Origin: Kiritimatiellia bacterium
GTDB taxonomy: Bacteria; Verrucomicrobiota; Kiritimatiellia; RFP12; UBA1067
Assembly: GCA_050949565.1 (NCBI GenBank)
Contig: JBMNFY010000007.1
Location: 32,001 to 96,000, forward strand
DNA: 64,000 bases
Direction of reading: 5' to 3'
The notes under the pieces are model-generated. The model searched no databases. It worked only from the letters and a program-made list of their open reading frames with translations, and was not told where the DNA came from. Positions 1 to 9,730 of the stretch are shown here, piece by piece; the first letter of the stretch is position 1; the number at the start of each line of letters is the position of its first letter. The position numbers and the translations under genes are program-made.

Positions 1-714
1 GGACAGGTGGGGGATGATCTCGTGGCCCTGAACGCCTATGACTGGCTCAATTCGTCGGTGACATTCGGTCCACAGAAGACGATCCTCTGCGAGGATCTGG
101 AGTTGGTCGGTCCCGGATATCCGGCGATCCGTATTCTGCCGGCCACCTACCGCTACAAGGACGGGACGGAAGTGGACTGTGCGATCAGCGACGTCATCTT
201 CCGTCGCGTGAAAGGGATCAAGTGTTTCAAGATGTATTTACAGACCCCCAACTATGCGGTCGGCACAGAGCCGGAGTGGTCCAAGATCGGTTCTGGTGGT
301 AATCTGCACTTCGAGGATATCGAGATCGATCTTGATCGTCCGATCGACCTGTTCGAGGCCTACACCGGCTCCGATCCGGTGCGTGGGCATTTCGGTGCGT
401 TCGAGTTCGGCGCGAATCTCACCAGCATCCACTTCAAGAACCTCAAGGTGAAGTTCCATGCCGACCGCTATCCACTTTCGCATCTCGCGGTTGTCGGACC
501 GAAATCGGTGCGCTTGACGGGTAGGAAAGGGGAGCCGCGAGAGGTGTTCGACCCGTATGTCAACTGCCGCGTGGGCAAGGTCGTCGTGGAGAACCTCGAA
601 GCAACGGGCGTTGTTCCAGCGAAGCTTGTGCATGCCACCGTTTTTGACGATGTGAACGGCGACGGGCGATCCTCCGGACGCGGCGAAATAGCGGATATTC
701 GGATCTCGAAGTAG
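1..714 (+). CDS. 5'-truncated pectin-lyase-fold (GH28-like beta-helix) protein, C-terminal part
   Basis: Frame open from window start; GDDLVALNAYD resembles the GH28-type GDD motif (also seen in 20341..22512); stop TAG 712-714. Confidence 0.5.
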   Translation, partial: GQVGDDLVALNAYDWLNSSVTFGPQKTILCEDLELVGPGYPAIRILPATYRYKDGTEVDCAISDVIFRRVKGIKCFKMYLQTPNYAVGTEPEWSKIGSGGNLHFEDIEIDLDRPIDLFEAYTGSDPVRGHFGAFEFGANLTSIHFKNLKVKFHADRYPLSHLAVVGPKSVRLTGRKGEPREVFDPYVNCRVGKVVVENLEATGVVPAKLVHATVFDDVNGDGRSSGRGEIADIRISK

Positions 715-921
715 TGGCCGAGTGGCCGCAAAGAACGCAAAGACCGCAAAGAAAGAAGAGTGGTAGATACTCCCAGCCAATTCTATGTGCTCTCTGCGTT
801 CTCTGCGGCTAATCAACTGGTAGAGGCGCCAATTCAATGTGTTCTCTGCGTTCTCTGCGGCTAATCAACTGGTAGGGAGAGTGGCCGCAAAGAACGTAAA
901 GAAAGGAAAAGGGGTATTGGC
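715..921. repeat. Upstream part of ~100-bp hairpin tandem array flanking the GxxExxY gene
   Basis: Full unit 720-826 (gtggccgcaaagaacgcaaag...tctctgcgttctctgcggctaatcaactggtag), half unit 827-877, lone left arm 878-910. Confidence 0.95.
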
Positions 922-1311
922 ATGAGAACTATGAAAGAATTGTGTGACATCGTGCGTGAAACGGCTTATGCAATTCACGTTTATCACGGTCAGGGACATC
1001 TGGAAAAGGTGTACGAGAATGCCTTGGTACATCGTTTGCGTAAAGCAGGCGTGGTGGTCATGCAGCAACATCCGCTCACTGTATATGACGAGGATGGCAC
1101 GGTTATTGGCGAATATCTTGCGGATCTATTTGTGGATGGGCGTCTAATTGTCGAGTTGAAGGCTTGTCGTGCATTGGCGTTGGAACACGTCGCGCAGGTA
1201 TTAGGTTATCTAAAGTCGGCGAGAGTTGAAGACGGGATGCTGATTAATTTTGGGAGCTATCGCTTTGAGGTCAAGAAATTTGCGCTGAGTGCGGCGGTAA
1301 AGAGGATATGA
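922..1311 (+). CDS. GxxExxY protein (PD-(D/E)xK nuclease-like)
   Basis: 129 aa; GHLEKVY motif; ADLFVD...IVELKA; LINFG near C-terminus; visibly AT-richer than neighbours. Confidence 0.93.
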   Translation: MRTMKELCDIVRETAYAIHVYHGQGHLEKVYENALVHRLRKAGVVVMQQHPLTVYDEDGTVIGEYLADLFVDGRLIVELKACRALALEHVAQVLGYLKSARVEDGMLINFGSYRFEVKKFALSAAVKRI

Positions 1312-1620
1312 GTGGCCGCAAAGAAAGAAGAGAGGCGGATGTCTCCCAGCCAATTCTATGTGTTCTCTGCGTTCTCTGCGGCTAATCAACTGGTAGAGGC
1401 GGAGAGTGCCGCAAAGACCGCAAAGAAAGAAGAGTGGCAGATACTCCCAGCCAATTCTATGTGTTCTTTGCGTTCTCTGCGGCTAATCAACTGGTAGAGG
1501 TGGAAAGTGGCCGCAAAGAACACAAAGACCGCAAAGAAAGAAGAGTGGCAGATACTCCCAGCTAATTCTATGTGCTCTCTGCGGCTAATCAACTGGTAGG
1601 GGTGGAGGGTGGCCGCAAAG
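1309..1620. repeat. Downstream part of the hairpin tandem array (3 full units plus a partial)
   Basis: Near-identical units 1309-1400, 1401-1500, 1501-1602, partial 1603-1620. Confidence 0.95.
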
Positions 1621-1648
1621 ATTGCGGAGAAAAAGGCGCACCGGCCGG

Positions 1649-1677
1649 TTGACGTGCCTCTTTTACTGGCCTACAAT
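1649..1677 (+). promoter_or_regulatory. Sigma70-type promoter
   Basis: TTGACG-N17-TACAAT; AGGAG RBS before ATG 1727. Confidence 0.7.
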
Positions 1678-1726
1678 GTGACCATTGTCGTGGTAGAAGG
1701 CGTGTGCTGTTAAACAGGAGACTGCA

Positions 1727-4406
1727 ATGAAAATGAAGATGATTCACGCGAAGGCTTCGATGGTGGTTACTGTGAAGGCGAGAGGAGTCCTGCTCGGCGT
1801 GGCGGCGGGCGTGCTCGGTGCGCTCGCCGTGCGGGGAGATATCGACGATCCGCTGGCCTATTGGAGTTTTGATGACGCGGAGAACCTGCTTGTCAACCAG
1901 GTGACGCCCAGTCCGCATCACAATGCGTCTGTGCTTTTAGGGACGCCGGTCGCTGGAGTCGCCGACGGCGCGTCTGGCATCGTCGGCAACGCGCTATTGC
2001 TGGATGGAACCGCTGCTATCCGGTTGCCGTATCACCAAGATAACCTGGGAACCTCGTTCACGCTTTCGCTGTGGTACTGGCAGCAGACGAACGACACGCG
2101 CCAGAGTGTCTATCAGACGCGCGACAACTACACGGCCACCTACGAGGCCGAGATCGGTGCTCATAGCCGCTTTGCGAGTTATGCTGGACAGGACTACGTC
2201 GGTGCCATCACCACCGAATTGCGGGAGTGGGTGCATTTGACCCATACGTTTGCCACGGTCGGACGGCACGACCACGCTCTCCGTGTACACCAACGGTGTC
2301 TTTGTGTTCAGCCACAGTGTCGGCAGCGGTGCCGTGTTCGGCGGGAGTGAGATCAGGGGGATTAGAGGGTTCCACATTGGTGCCGCACGCGGCGATTTGG
2401 TGTTTGGCGGTTGGGGCTGGCGCTGTTTCAAGGGGATGATCGACGATCTGGCGCTGTGGGGACGTGCGCTCTCCGCCGCCGAGGTCGAGGCGGTCTACCA
2501 GCGCGGTGTCAGCGGGGCGAAGCTTGCCTTCACGCCGGCGCCGGCGCCGGTGATCTCACTGGGCGGGAAGGATCTTTCCTTCACGCTGAACACAGACAGC
2601 GGACTGCCCGCTGGCATGTTTAACAACGGCTGGCTGATACACAACGTGCAGGACCCCGCTTATCCCTACGTGGCGGCTGACACAGCCAGGCCCGTGCTCG
2701 ACTACGTGCCCGACACGGCGGGACACGCGGAGGGGCCATTCAACGCCGAGGTCGCCGATGTGAAATGGAGGGTGCCACTGACCGATACGATGCGGCAACT
2801 TTCGCAAGGCGATTTCACGCTGGAGACGTGGTTCCGCACGACAGATGGCGGCCGGGGTACGGTGATGGGCAATTTCTATGGTCAAACCCTCGGTGTCGTC
2901 AATCTTGAGTTTTTTTACGACAACCAAGTCCGGCTCTATCTGGGCATTCCTAATTACGGAGACATAGATTTTAAGGCGACGGCCACCAACGTGAACACCC
3001 GTAACGGTCAGTGGCACCATTTGGCTGGCATCCGGCACGGCGACACGCTGTATCTGTAAGTGAACGGAGTAGAAGTGGGGACACGAACCATAGCACCGAG
3101 TTCCTACGCTCTTCTAGGCGATTACCTGTATCTGGGACGTGATAGCCGAACCGCTGTCGCCTTTAAAGGCGAAATGGGGGAAAGCCGCGTCTGGATGCGT
3201 GCGTTGAGTACCAACGAGTTGGCGGAGATCGTCGCCTTCGGCGTGCCGGGCAGCGATGCGCTTTCAAAGGATGATCTGCTCGCCGAGTACGATCTGCACG
3301 CGCCCTTTAATGCCAGCAAACCCTGGACAGGTTGGCCGGGCTATCGGATCCTGCTTGGGGCACCGAAGCTCGGAAGGGTTCCGATGACTAATTTCACCTG
3401 CGAAGCTGTTTTCCGCACGACGTCGACAGGTGCGGGGGCTCTAATGGGGAACTGGTCCAACCATGTGTACAACACGGTGAATCTGCAGCTTGAAGGTCCG
3501 AACGTTGTACGGTTTTATCTACGGAATACGGATGCCGCGACCTGGCTGAGTGTCACGCCTACGGATATCAATACGCGCGACGGCCAGTGGCACCGGCTGG
3601 CTGGCGTCCGGGGCAACAACACGATGGCACTGTACCTCGATGGACAACTGATGGGCAGTCAGGCCGAGACGCTGGGGGCGTATCCGTTGCAAGGGCCGTA
3701 CTACTATCTGGGGCGCGACGGTCGCGCCGATGCTGGCTTTTTGTTCAGGGGCGATATCGCTGCCGCGCGGATCTGGACGCGCGCGCTGAGTGCCGACGAG
3801 CTGGCCGGACTGGCGGCTTCCAACGCGGTGCCGGCCGACGGGCTGCTCGTCCAGTACACGCCCATGCTGACCAACTCGCTGACCACGGCGGGCTTCCCGG
3901 GCAGCCGCTTCCTGCGCTCGTTCGTGACCCTGACGAACAGTGCCGCGCTGGTTTTTACCGATCTGCCGCAACATGACAAAATCGGTCTGGGCATGATGCT
4001 GGCGCAGCTCGGTCAGATGAAGCCGACGGCGAAAGGCGACCGCTTCATGATCCGGGTCGACGGGACGGAGGTGCTCAGTGTCGGTCTCGGCCCCAACCAA
4101 GGCGCAGAGCCGCAGATCAGCACGTTGAGTTTGTTCGGCGAGGCGACGAATGTCGAGGTGTTCACGAGTACCCTGACGTGCGGCGATGACCTCTTCTTCT
4201 GCGGCACGGCCTGGAGTGACTATCGTGACCATGTGTACGATCTCGCGTTGCTGGAGCCGCTGCAGAACATTCCGCATTCGGCCGACACCTTGCTGGTTGA
4301 GATTATCGGCGTTCAGGATGCCATTCCCGAAGAAGCGAGTTTCGGGTTCGACCGGTTCGAGTTGACCGTTTACCCGCGCCGTGGCACGATACTTTTCTTG
4401 CAGTAA
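1727..4406 (+). pseudogene. Multi-LamG (concanavalin-like) exported protein interrupted by a +1 frameshift and an in-frame stop
   Basis: ORFs 1727..2350, 2250..3059 and 3060..4406 join into repeated LamG motifs (WHHLAG...LYLDG, W-RALS-E); extra G near 2261; TAA 3057-3059 in TLYL*VNG; ends PRRGTILFLQ. Confidence 0.8.
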
Positions 4407-4476
4407 TGATCAAGGGAACCACAGAGGCACGGAGGCACAGAGAGTTTCTTAATGTTTTTCCTGTTTCGTCAATCAT

Positions 4477-4596
4477 GTGGCACGGGCATCTTGCCCGTGT
4501 TTGCCTCATGGGCGGGACGCCCATGCCACAAGGGGGGGGGCACGGGCATCTTGCCCGTGTTCGCCTCATGGGCGGGACGCCCATGCCACAAGGGGC
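4477..4596. repeat. Two tandem REP-like palindrome doublets
   Basis: cacgggcatcttgcccgtg + catgggcgggacgcccatg twice; same family at 11646-11730, 16865-16890, 27178-27228, 30589-30639, 38183-38235, 60779-60829, 63609-63633. Confidence 0.9.
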
Positions 4597-4630
4597 TACA
4601 GACGGGGATTGCATAGGAGGATAACGTGAA

Positions 4631-5776
4631 ATGGCACCGATAGAGATGCTCAGAACGGGGGACCACCCCGACTTGTCGCGCCGTGATTTTCTGGCGGCAT
4701 CCAGCTTTTTGGCGGTGGGGATCGGCTTGGCCGGTAGCGCGGCCCTCGGACAGGACGCGGCGCCCGCCCGGCGCGCACCCATAAAAATCGGCCAAATCGG
4801 TACCGGCAATCAGCATGCCTACAAGATGTCCACGCTACGTAAACTGCCTGAGTTGTTCGAGGTGGTCGGCCTGGCGGGCGACCATCCGGGCGCACCGGGA
4901 AAAATGCCGGGGAATGCATGCTACAAAGGACTCAACTGGATGAGTCAGGAGGATCTGTTGGCGATCCCCGGGCTTCAGGCGGTGGCCATTGAGACCGAGG
5001 AGCGCATCTGCATTCCTCCCGCTCTGCGCAGCATCCGCGCCGGCAAGCACATCCATCTGGATAAGCCGTGTGGCGAGTCGCTACCGGCGCTCCGTACGCT
5101 GCTGGATGAGGCGAAAGCCCGGCAGCTCACGGTGCAGGTCGGTTATATGTATCGCAACAACCCAGCCGTGCAGTTCTGCATCAAAGCGGTGAAAGAGGGG
5201 CTGGTCGGACGGGTTGTCGATTTGGATGCCTCGATGGGCCGATATGACGGCCAAGGCTACCGCAATCTCATCAAGCAGTACAAGGGCGGCATCCAGTATA
5301 TTCTGGCTTGCCATTTGATCGACCTGATGGTCACGATCATGGGCGCGCCGGAACGCGTGACGCCGTATCAGCGCTGTACCCGTGGCGACGGGGTGCTTGA
5401 CAACGGTTTGGCGGTGTTCGAGTTTGACGGCGGGCGGTTGGCGACCGTCCGGACCTCCATCACCGAGGCGCAGGGATTTGTCAACCGGCGCTTCAAGGTG
5501 ATGGGCGATAAGGGCACGATCATCATTGATCCGCTTGAGTCGCGGGGTAATATGTCGGGAGGCGTTGTGAAGCTCTTTCTGGAAGAGGCACGTGACGGAT
5601 ACAAGAAGGGGGGACAGACCATCGACATGCCGCCGCCGAAAGACCGTTATGAGGATCAGTGGCGCGAGTTCGCCGCCGTGGTGAATGGCGAGATGCTCAA
5701 CCCGTACACCTATGCGCACGATTACCTGGTTCACAAATGTCACCTGCAGGCTTGCGGGATGCCGATCGATGTGTGA
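4631..5776 (+). CDS. Gfo/Idh/MocA oxidoreductase with Tat signal
   Basis: SRRDFL twin-arginine motif; IGQIGTG Rossmann motif; HIHLDKP. Confidence 0.9.
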   Translation: MAPIEMLRTGDHPDLSRRDFLAASSFLAVGIGLAGSAALGQDAAPARRAPIKIGQIGTGNQHAYKMSTLRKLPELFEVVGLAGDHPGAPGKMPGNACYKGLNWMSQEDLLAIPGLQAVAIETEERICIPPALRSIRAGKHIHLDKPCGESLPALRTLLDEAKARQLTVQVGYMYRNNPAVQFCIKAVKEGLVGRVVDLDASMGRYDGQGYRNLIKQYKGGIQYILACHLIDLMVTIMGAPERVTPYQRCTRGDGVLDNGLAVFEFDGGRLATVRTSITEAQGFVNRRFKVMGDKGTIIIDPLESRGNMSGGVVKLFLEEARDGYKKGGQTIDMPPPKDRYEDQWREFAAVVNGEMLNPYTYAHDYLVHKCHLQACGMPIDV

Positions 5777-5791
5777 CCTCGTGTTCGCGGT

Positions 5792-5843
5792 GGGAGGGGC
5801 AAGCGTCTGCTTGCCCGCGGACGTGCAGACGCTCGTCCCTCCC
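5792..5843. repeat. REP-like doublet, second family
   Basis: gggaggggcaagcgtctgcttgccc...ggacgtgcagacgctcgtccctccc; copies near 11114-11139, 11474-11498, 17164-17190, 45944-45995, 63398-63449. Confidence 0.85.
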
Positions 5844-5874
5844 GATGGTAAGAAACGAAAGAACGGAACGAGAA

Positions 5875-7302
5875 ATGAAGAGACGAGAGTTCATCAAAAC
5901 GACAGCAGCGGGGATTGGCGGGTTGTTGTCAGTCATGGGGGCGCGTGGTCAGGACACGGCGGCGGCGCCTGACAAACCGTTACGCGTGGCATTGATCGGC
6001 TGCGGTGACCGTGGCTGTCACGCGATCCTGCCGAATGTTATGACATCGGGCATGGCAGAAATGGTGGCGTTCATCGATCCGGATGGAAACGCGATCACTC
6101 GCGCACGGGAGCGCCTGAAGAAGTACCGGCCTGAAGCGAATGTGGAATCGATCGCCGCGTTCGCCGACTACCGTGATTTTTACAAGCAGATGGCAGGCGG
6201 CGTTGATGCGGTTTTTATCGCGACGCCCAACCATCAGCATTGCCTGCCCGCACTCCTCGCTTTTCGCAACGGCATTCATGCCTACGTTGAAAAGCCGATG
6301 GCCAATACGATTGAGGAGGGGCGCCGGATGCTGGCCGAGGCGCGTGCCAACCGCGTGGTCACGCAAATGGGGCAGCACGGCCACTCCAACGAAGGTGCGC
6401 GCCGACTCTGCGAATATGTCTGGGCGGGAGTCATCGGTCAAGTCACCGAGGTGTATTGCTGGTGTGACCGACTCAACGCGCGCGAGCAGCCGCTCGCACA
6501 GGATTCGGAGTGTCCGAAAAACTTGGACTGGGACAAGTGGATCGGCCCGGCAGCATGGCGCGGCTATAACCGCGGACTTCATCCTGTCGGCTGGTATTCG
6601 TGGCGCAGGTTTGGTAGCGCGACCATCGGCAACATGGGCAACCACGTCATTGATCCCGTCTTCTGGGCGTTGAAACTCGGCAGCCCGGAGAGTGTCCAAC
6701 TCGTGGATTTCCGCCCGGGCGCAGAAGAGTCATGGGGCCTTCGCGACCATATCGTCTGGAAGTTCCCGCAGCGTGGTGACCTTGCGCCTGTCGAGATGCA
6801 TTGGTTTGACGGACTCAAAGGCGACCTGCACTGGGACGACAGCACATGGACGAAGGGCACCTACAAGTACATCGTCAAGAAAGAACACCAGAACCTGCCG
6901 CCGAAACTGTTGGAGATCGAGAAGAAGCACGGTGTCGATCTTGGCCGTTGCGCGTCGATTCTGGTTGGCGAGAAAGGCATTCTCTGCATCAGCGTGTTTG
7001 GCGAGAGTCTGCGGTTTGTGCCGGACAGTCTCCGGTCCACGATTCCGCCGCCGCCCAAGACGCTCCCGCGCATCCGCGGTTCGCATCAGGTGGATTTCAT
7101 GCGCGCGTGCTTGGGCGGTCCGGCGGCCTGTGCGAACTTTGACTACTCACAGCCGCTCAATGAAATCGTGCTGCTCGGTGTTGCCGCTATTGAGGAAGGC
7201 TCCGGCAGAAGGTTGGATTGGGACGGCAAGGCCGGGCGCTTCAAGGATGACGCAGCGAACAAGATTTTGAGTGTGCCGAGTCGCGCAGGATGGGAAGCGT
7301 GA
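5875..7302 (+). CDS. Gfo/Idh/MocA oxidoreductase with Tat signal
   Basis: Start reassigned to MKRREF; ALIGCGDRG, ATPNHQH, YVEKP, LDWDKWIGPA. Confidence 0.92.
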   Translation: MKRREFIKTTAAGIGGLLSVMGARGQDTAAAPDKPLRVALIGCGDRGCHAILPNVMTSGMAEMVAFIDPDGNAITRARERLKKYRPEANVESIAAFADYRDFYKQMAGGVDAVFIATPNHQHCLPALLAFRNGIHAYVEKPMANTIEEGRRMLAEARANRVVTQMGQHGHSNEGARRLCEYVWAGVIGQVTEVYCWCDRLNAREQPLAQDSECPKNLDWDKWIGPAAWRGYNRGLHPVGWYSWRRFGSATIGNMGNHVIDPVFWALKLGSPESVQLVDFRPGAEESWGLRDHIVWKFPQRGDLAPVEMHWFDGLKGDLHWDDSTWTKGTYKYIVKKEHQNLPPKLLEIEKKHGVDLGRCASILVGEKGILCISVFGESLRFVPDSLRSTIPPPPKTLPRIRGSHQVDFMRACLGGPAACANFDYSQPLNEIVLLGVAAIEEGSGRRLDWDGKAGRFKDDAANKILSVPSRAGWEA

Positions 7303-7304
7303 TT

Positions 7305-7371
7305 GGGAGTTAGAATTTAGGAGTTAGAATTTAGGATTTGGGATTTGGGATTTTGGAATGAGGAATGAGGA
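7305..7371. repeat. Degenerate 7-nt periodic tract
   Basis: ggagttagaatttaggagttagaatttaggatttgggatttgggattttggaatgaggaatgagg; reverse-complement family at 17337-17370 and 18521-18551. Confidence 0.8.
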
Positions 7372-7379
7372 GTTGAACA

Positions 7380-8795
7380 ATGAAAAGACGTGATTTCATC
7401 AAAACGACAGCGGCCGGGATTGGCGGGCTGTCAGTCATGGGGGCGCGCGGTCAGGGAGCAACCGGTGCCAAAAAACCGTTGCGTATCGCTTTGATCGGCT
7501 GCGGCGATCGCGGTGGCAGGCAGTTGATCGTCGAGTGTTGTAAGGAGCAGGTCGTGGCGTTGGCCGATCCCGATCCCGCGCGTATCGCGTTCACATTGCA
7601 GCAGGTGCGCAAAACCCTGCCCTCCGCCGACACCGGCGCGATCAAAACGTTTTCCGATTACCGGAAACTTTTCGATGTGATGGGTAAAGATTTGGATGCG
7701 GTGTTCATCGCCACGCCCAACCACCAGCACGCGATACCTGCGTTGATGGCGATCCGCCGTGGACTCCACGTGTATGTTGAAAAGCCCCTGACGCACACGA
7801 TCCAAGAAGCGCGCTTGCTGCGGGAAGAGGCCAAGCGTCATGGCGTGGTAACCCAATTGGGGAATCACGGTCATTCGAACGAGGGATGCCGGCGTCTCTG
7901 CGAGTATATTTGGGCCGGTGCGATCGGTCAGGTGCGCGAGGTGTATTGCTGGACCAGTCGTTGTAACGGTCTGCCCGACGGCAATCACTCTCCGGCTCTT
8001 CCCCTGCCGCAGGGCTTTGATTGGGACTCATGGATCGGACCAGCGCCTTTCCGTGATTTCCATAACGATCTGCATCCGCACAATTGGCACCTCTGGCGCG
8101 ATTTCGGTAACGCCGCGATCGGTAACATGGGCTGCCATATCATCGATCCCGCATTCTGGGCACTCAAGCTGCAAGCGCCGGAAGCGGTAGAACTCGAGGA
8201 TGTGCGTGGCGGGGACAGTAAGGTCTGGCCGATCACGACCCGCCTCCGCTGGGACTTTCCGGCCCGCGGCGAGATGGCACCGGTCAAGGTCTACTGGTAC
8301 GATGGTCTGGCGCATGAGTTGGAATACGGTGAGCAGACGGTGGCGCGGCGCTGGCGCAACGTCAACAAGCGCGAATGGCAATACTTGCCGCCGCTGGTCC
8401 TCGAACTGGAGAAGAAGTACGACCGGAATTTCGGCAGGAACGGATCGTTGCTCATTGGCGACAAGGGAATCATGACGATCGGTGAATTCGGCGACGCTTG
8501 CCGCATGGTGCCCGAGGAGGCTCACCGAGCTTTCCCGATTCCCGACAAGATCCTGCCGCGCGTTAAAGGCACACATCAGGACGACTTCTTCCGCGCGTGC
8601 CGCGGCGGTGCGCCGGCCTGCTCGAACTTCGAGTACTCCGCGCCGTTGGCTGAAATCGCCTTGCTCGGCAATATCGCGATGATTGCGGGGCGTGGCCGTC
8701 GCGTCGAGTGGGACGCCGCCGCGATGCGTTGCACGAACATGCCGGAGTTGAACGCGTATGTGAAGACGACTTATCGAGAGGGGTGGTCCCTCTGA
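7380..8795 (+). CDS. Gfo/Idh/MocA oxidoreductase with Tat signal (paralog of 5875..7302)
   Basis: MKRRDF; ALIGCGDRG, ATPNHQH, YVEKP, FDWDSWIGPA. Confidence 0.92.
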   Translation: MKRRDFIKTTAAGIGGLSVMGARGQGATGAKKPLRIALIGCGDRGGRQLIVECCKEQVVALADPDPARIAFTLQQVRKTLPSADTGAIKTFSDYRKLFDVMGKDLDAVFIATPNHQHAIPALMAIRRGLHVYVEKPLTHTIQEARLLREEAKRHGVVTQLGNHGHSNEGCRRLCEYIWAGAIGQVREVYCWTSRCNGLPDGNHSPALPLPQGFDWDSWIGPAPFRDFHNDLHPHNWHLWRDFGNAAIGNMGCHIIDPAFWALKLQAPEAVELEDVRGGDSKVWPITTRLRWDFPARGEMAPVKVYWYDGLAHELEYGEQTVARRWRNVNKREWQYLPPLVLELEKKYDRNFGRNGSLLIGDKGIMTIGEFGDACRMVPEEAHRAFPIPDKILPRVKGTHQDDFFRACRGGAPACSNFEYSAPLAEIALLGNIAMIAGRGRRVEWDAAAMRCTNMPELNAYVKTTYREGWSL

Positions 8796-9688
8796 TGTTT
8801 GGACGAAGTGTAGGCGACGAAGTGCTTGGACGAAGTGTTTGGACGAAGTGTAGGGATGCGTGGTTCCCTGCCACTAACCGATTACGCGTGGCCGCCGCGC
8901 TTTTGATGGCGGTTGCGCTCTCGGTGTGCGCAGAGGAGAAGCTGCCTGTGTCACTCGACGCGCGAACCGACTTCTACTCGTCCTATGTGTGGCGCGGTAA
9001 AGTGCTGGACCGGCATGCCGTGGCGCAACCCAGCGTCATCACAACCTACGACGCGCAGGAGTACGGCGCGTTCTCCTTGAAGTTTTGGGTGAACTGGGAC
9101 TTGACCCAGCGTTCCTCCAAACCCAAGGCGACGCGCACGGGCGGCGGAATCAACGTGTTCAACATCACGCCGTCTTACAGCCGGGCGTTCGGGCCTGTGG
9201 ATGTCACGATCGGCAACATCTTTTACACGTTCCCGGGCGATGGTTATCCAAAGAACAGCAACAGCACGTATGAACTCTTCACGACGGTGGCCTACAAAAA
9301 CCCAGTCGTGACGCCTTCGCTCAGTGTCTACTACGATTACCGTGATGTGGGCGGCAGTTTCCTTGAGGACAATCCGCTCAAAGACCTCTATATCCGCGCC
9401 GCGCTAGACAAATCGGTACCGATCACTGAGCGGCTACGCGCCGGCGGGTGCGTGCTACTCGGTGCCGGCACCAGCCGCTACAACGCGGTCCGCTACAAGT
9501 CGCCCGGCGAAGGCTTTGCCGATTATCAGACCTCGCTCTTTTTGTCGTATGCCGTCACCGAGAACTTCTCGGCCGGCGCGACGCTGGCCTATACCGGTCT
9601 GATCGGTGGAGCCTGGGGGCTCGACCGCAGCGCCTGTTCGCCGGACGAGATCGTGTGGGGCGGCGTGAATCTGCGGCTGCTTTTCTAA
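8795..9688 (+). CDS. Probable outer-membrane beta-barrel protein; start uncertain
   Basis: Signal peptide ending VCA; SSYVWRG near N-terminus; alternating beta strands; C-terminal WGGVNLRLLF ending in Phe. Confidence 0.7.
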   Translation: MFGRSVGDEVLGRSVWTKCRDAWFPATNRLRVAAALLMAVALSVCAEEKLPVSLDARTDFYSSYVWRGKVLDRHAVAQPSVITTYDAQEYGAFSLKFWVNWDLTQRSSKPKATRTGGGINVFNITPSYSRAFGPVDVTIGNIFYTFPGDGYPKNSNSTYELFTTVAYKNPVVTPSLSVYYDYRDVGGSFLEDNPLKDLYIRAALDKSVPITERLRAGGCVLLGAGTSRYNAVRYKSPGEGFADYQTSLFLSYAVTENFSAGATLAYTGLIGGAWGLDRSACSPDEIVWGGVNLRLLF

Positions 9689-9730
9689 TTAACTCATTAA
9701 CTTGGGATGCGGGCGTTGCCCGCATCCGCG

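Noticed and set aside
715-1620. CRISPR array next to a Cas4-like nuclease
   Set aside because: Units are similar along their whole length with no unique spacers, and there are no cas genes in the window.
3057-3059. Programmed stop-codon recoding
   Set aside because: TAA terminates many genes here, the same gene also has a frameshift, and TAA is one change from a Tyr codon.
4303-4816. ORFs with HGHLARV / MGGTPMP peptides (also at 11590, 16665, 30328, 63322 and the 5' extensions of 30575 and 59384..60889)
   Set aside because: They are translations of REP-like repeats, not genes.
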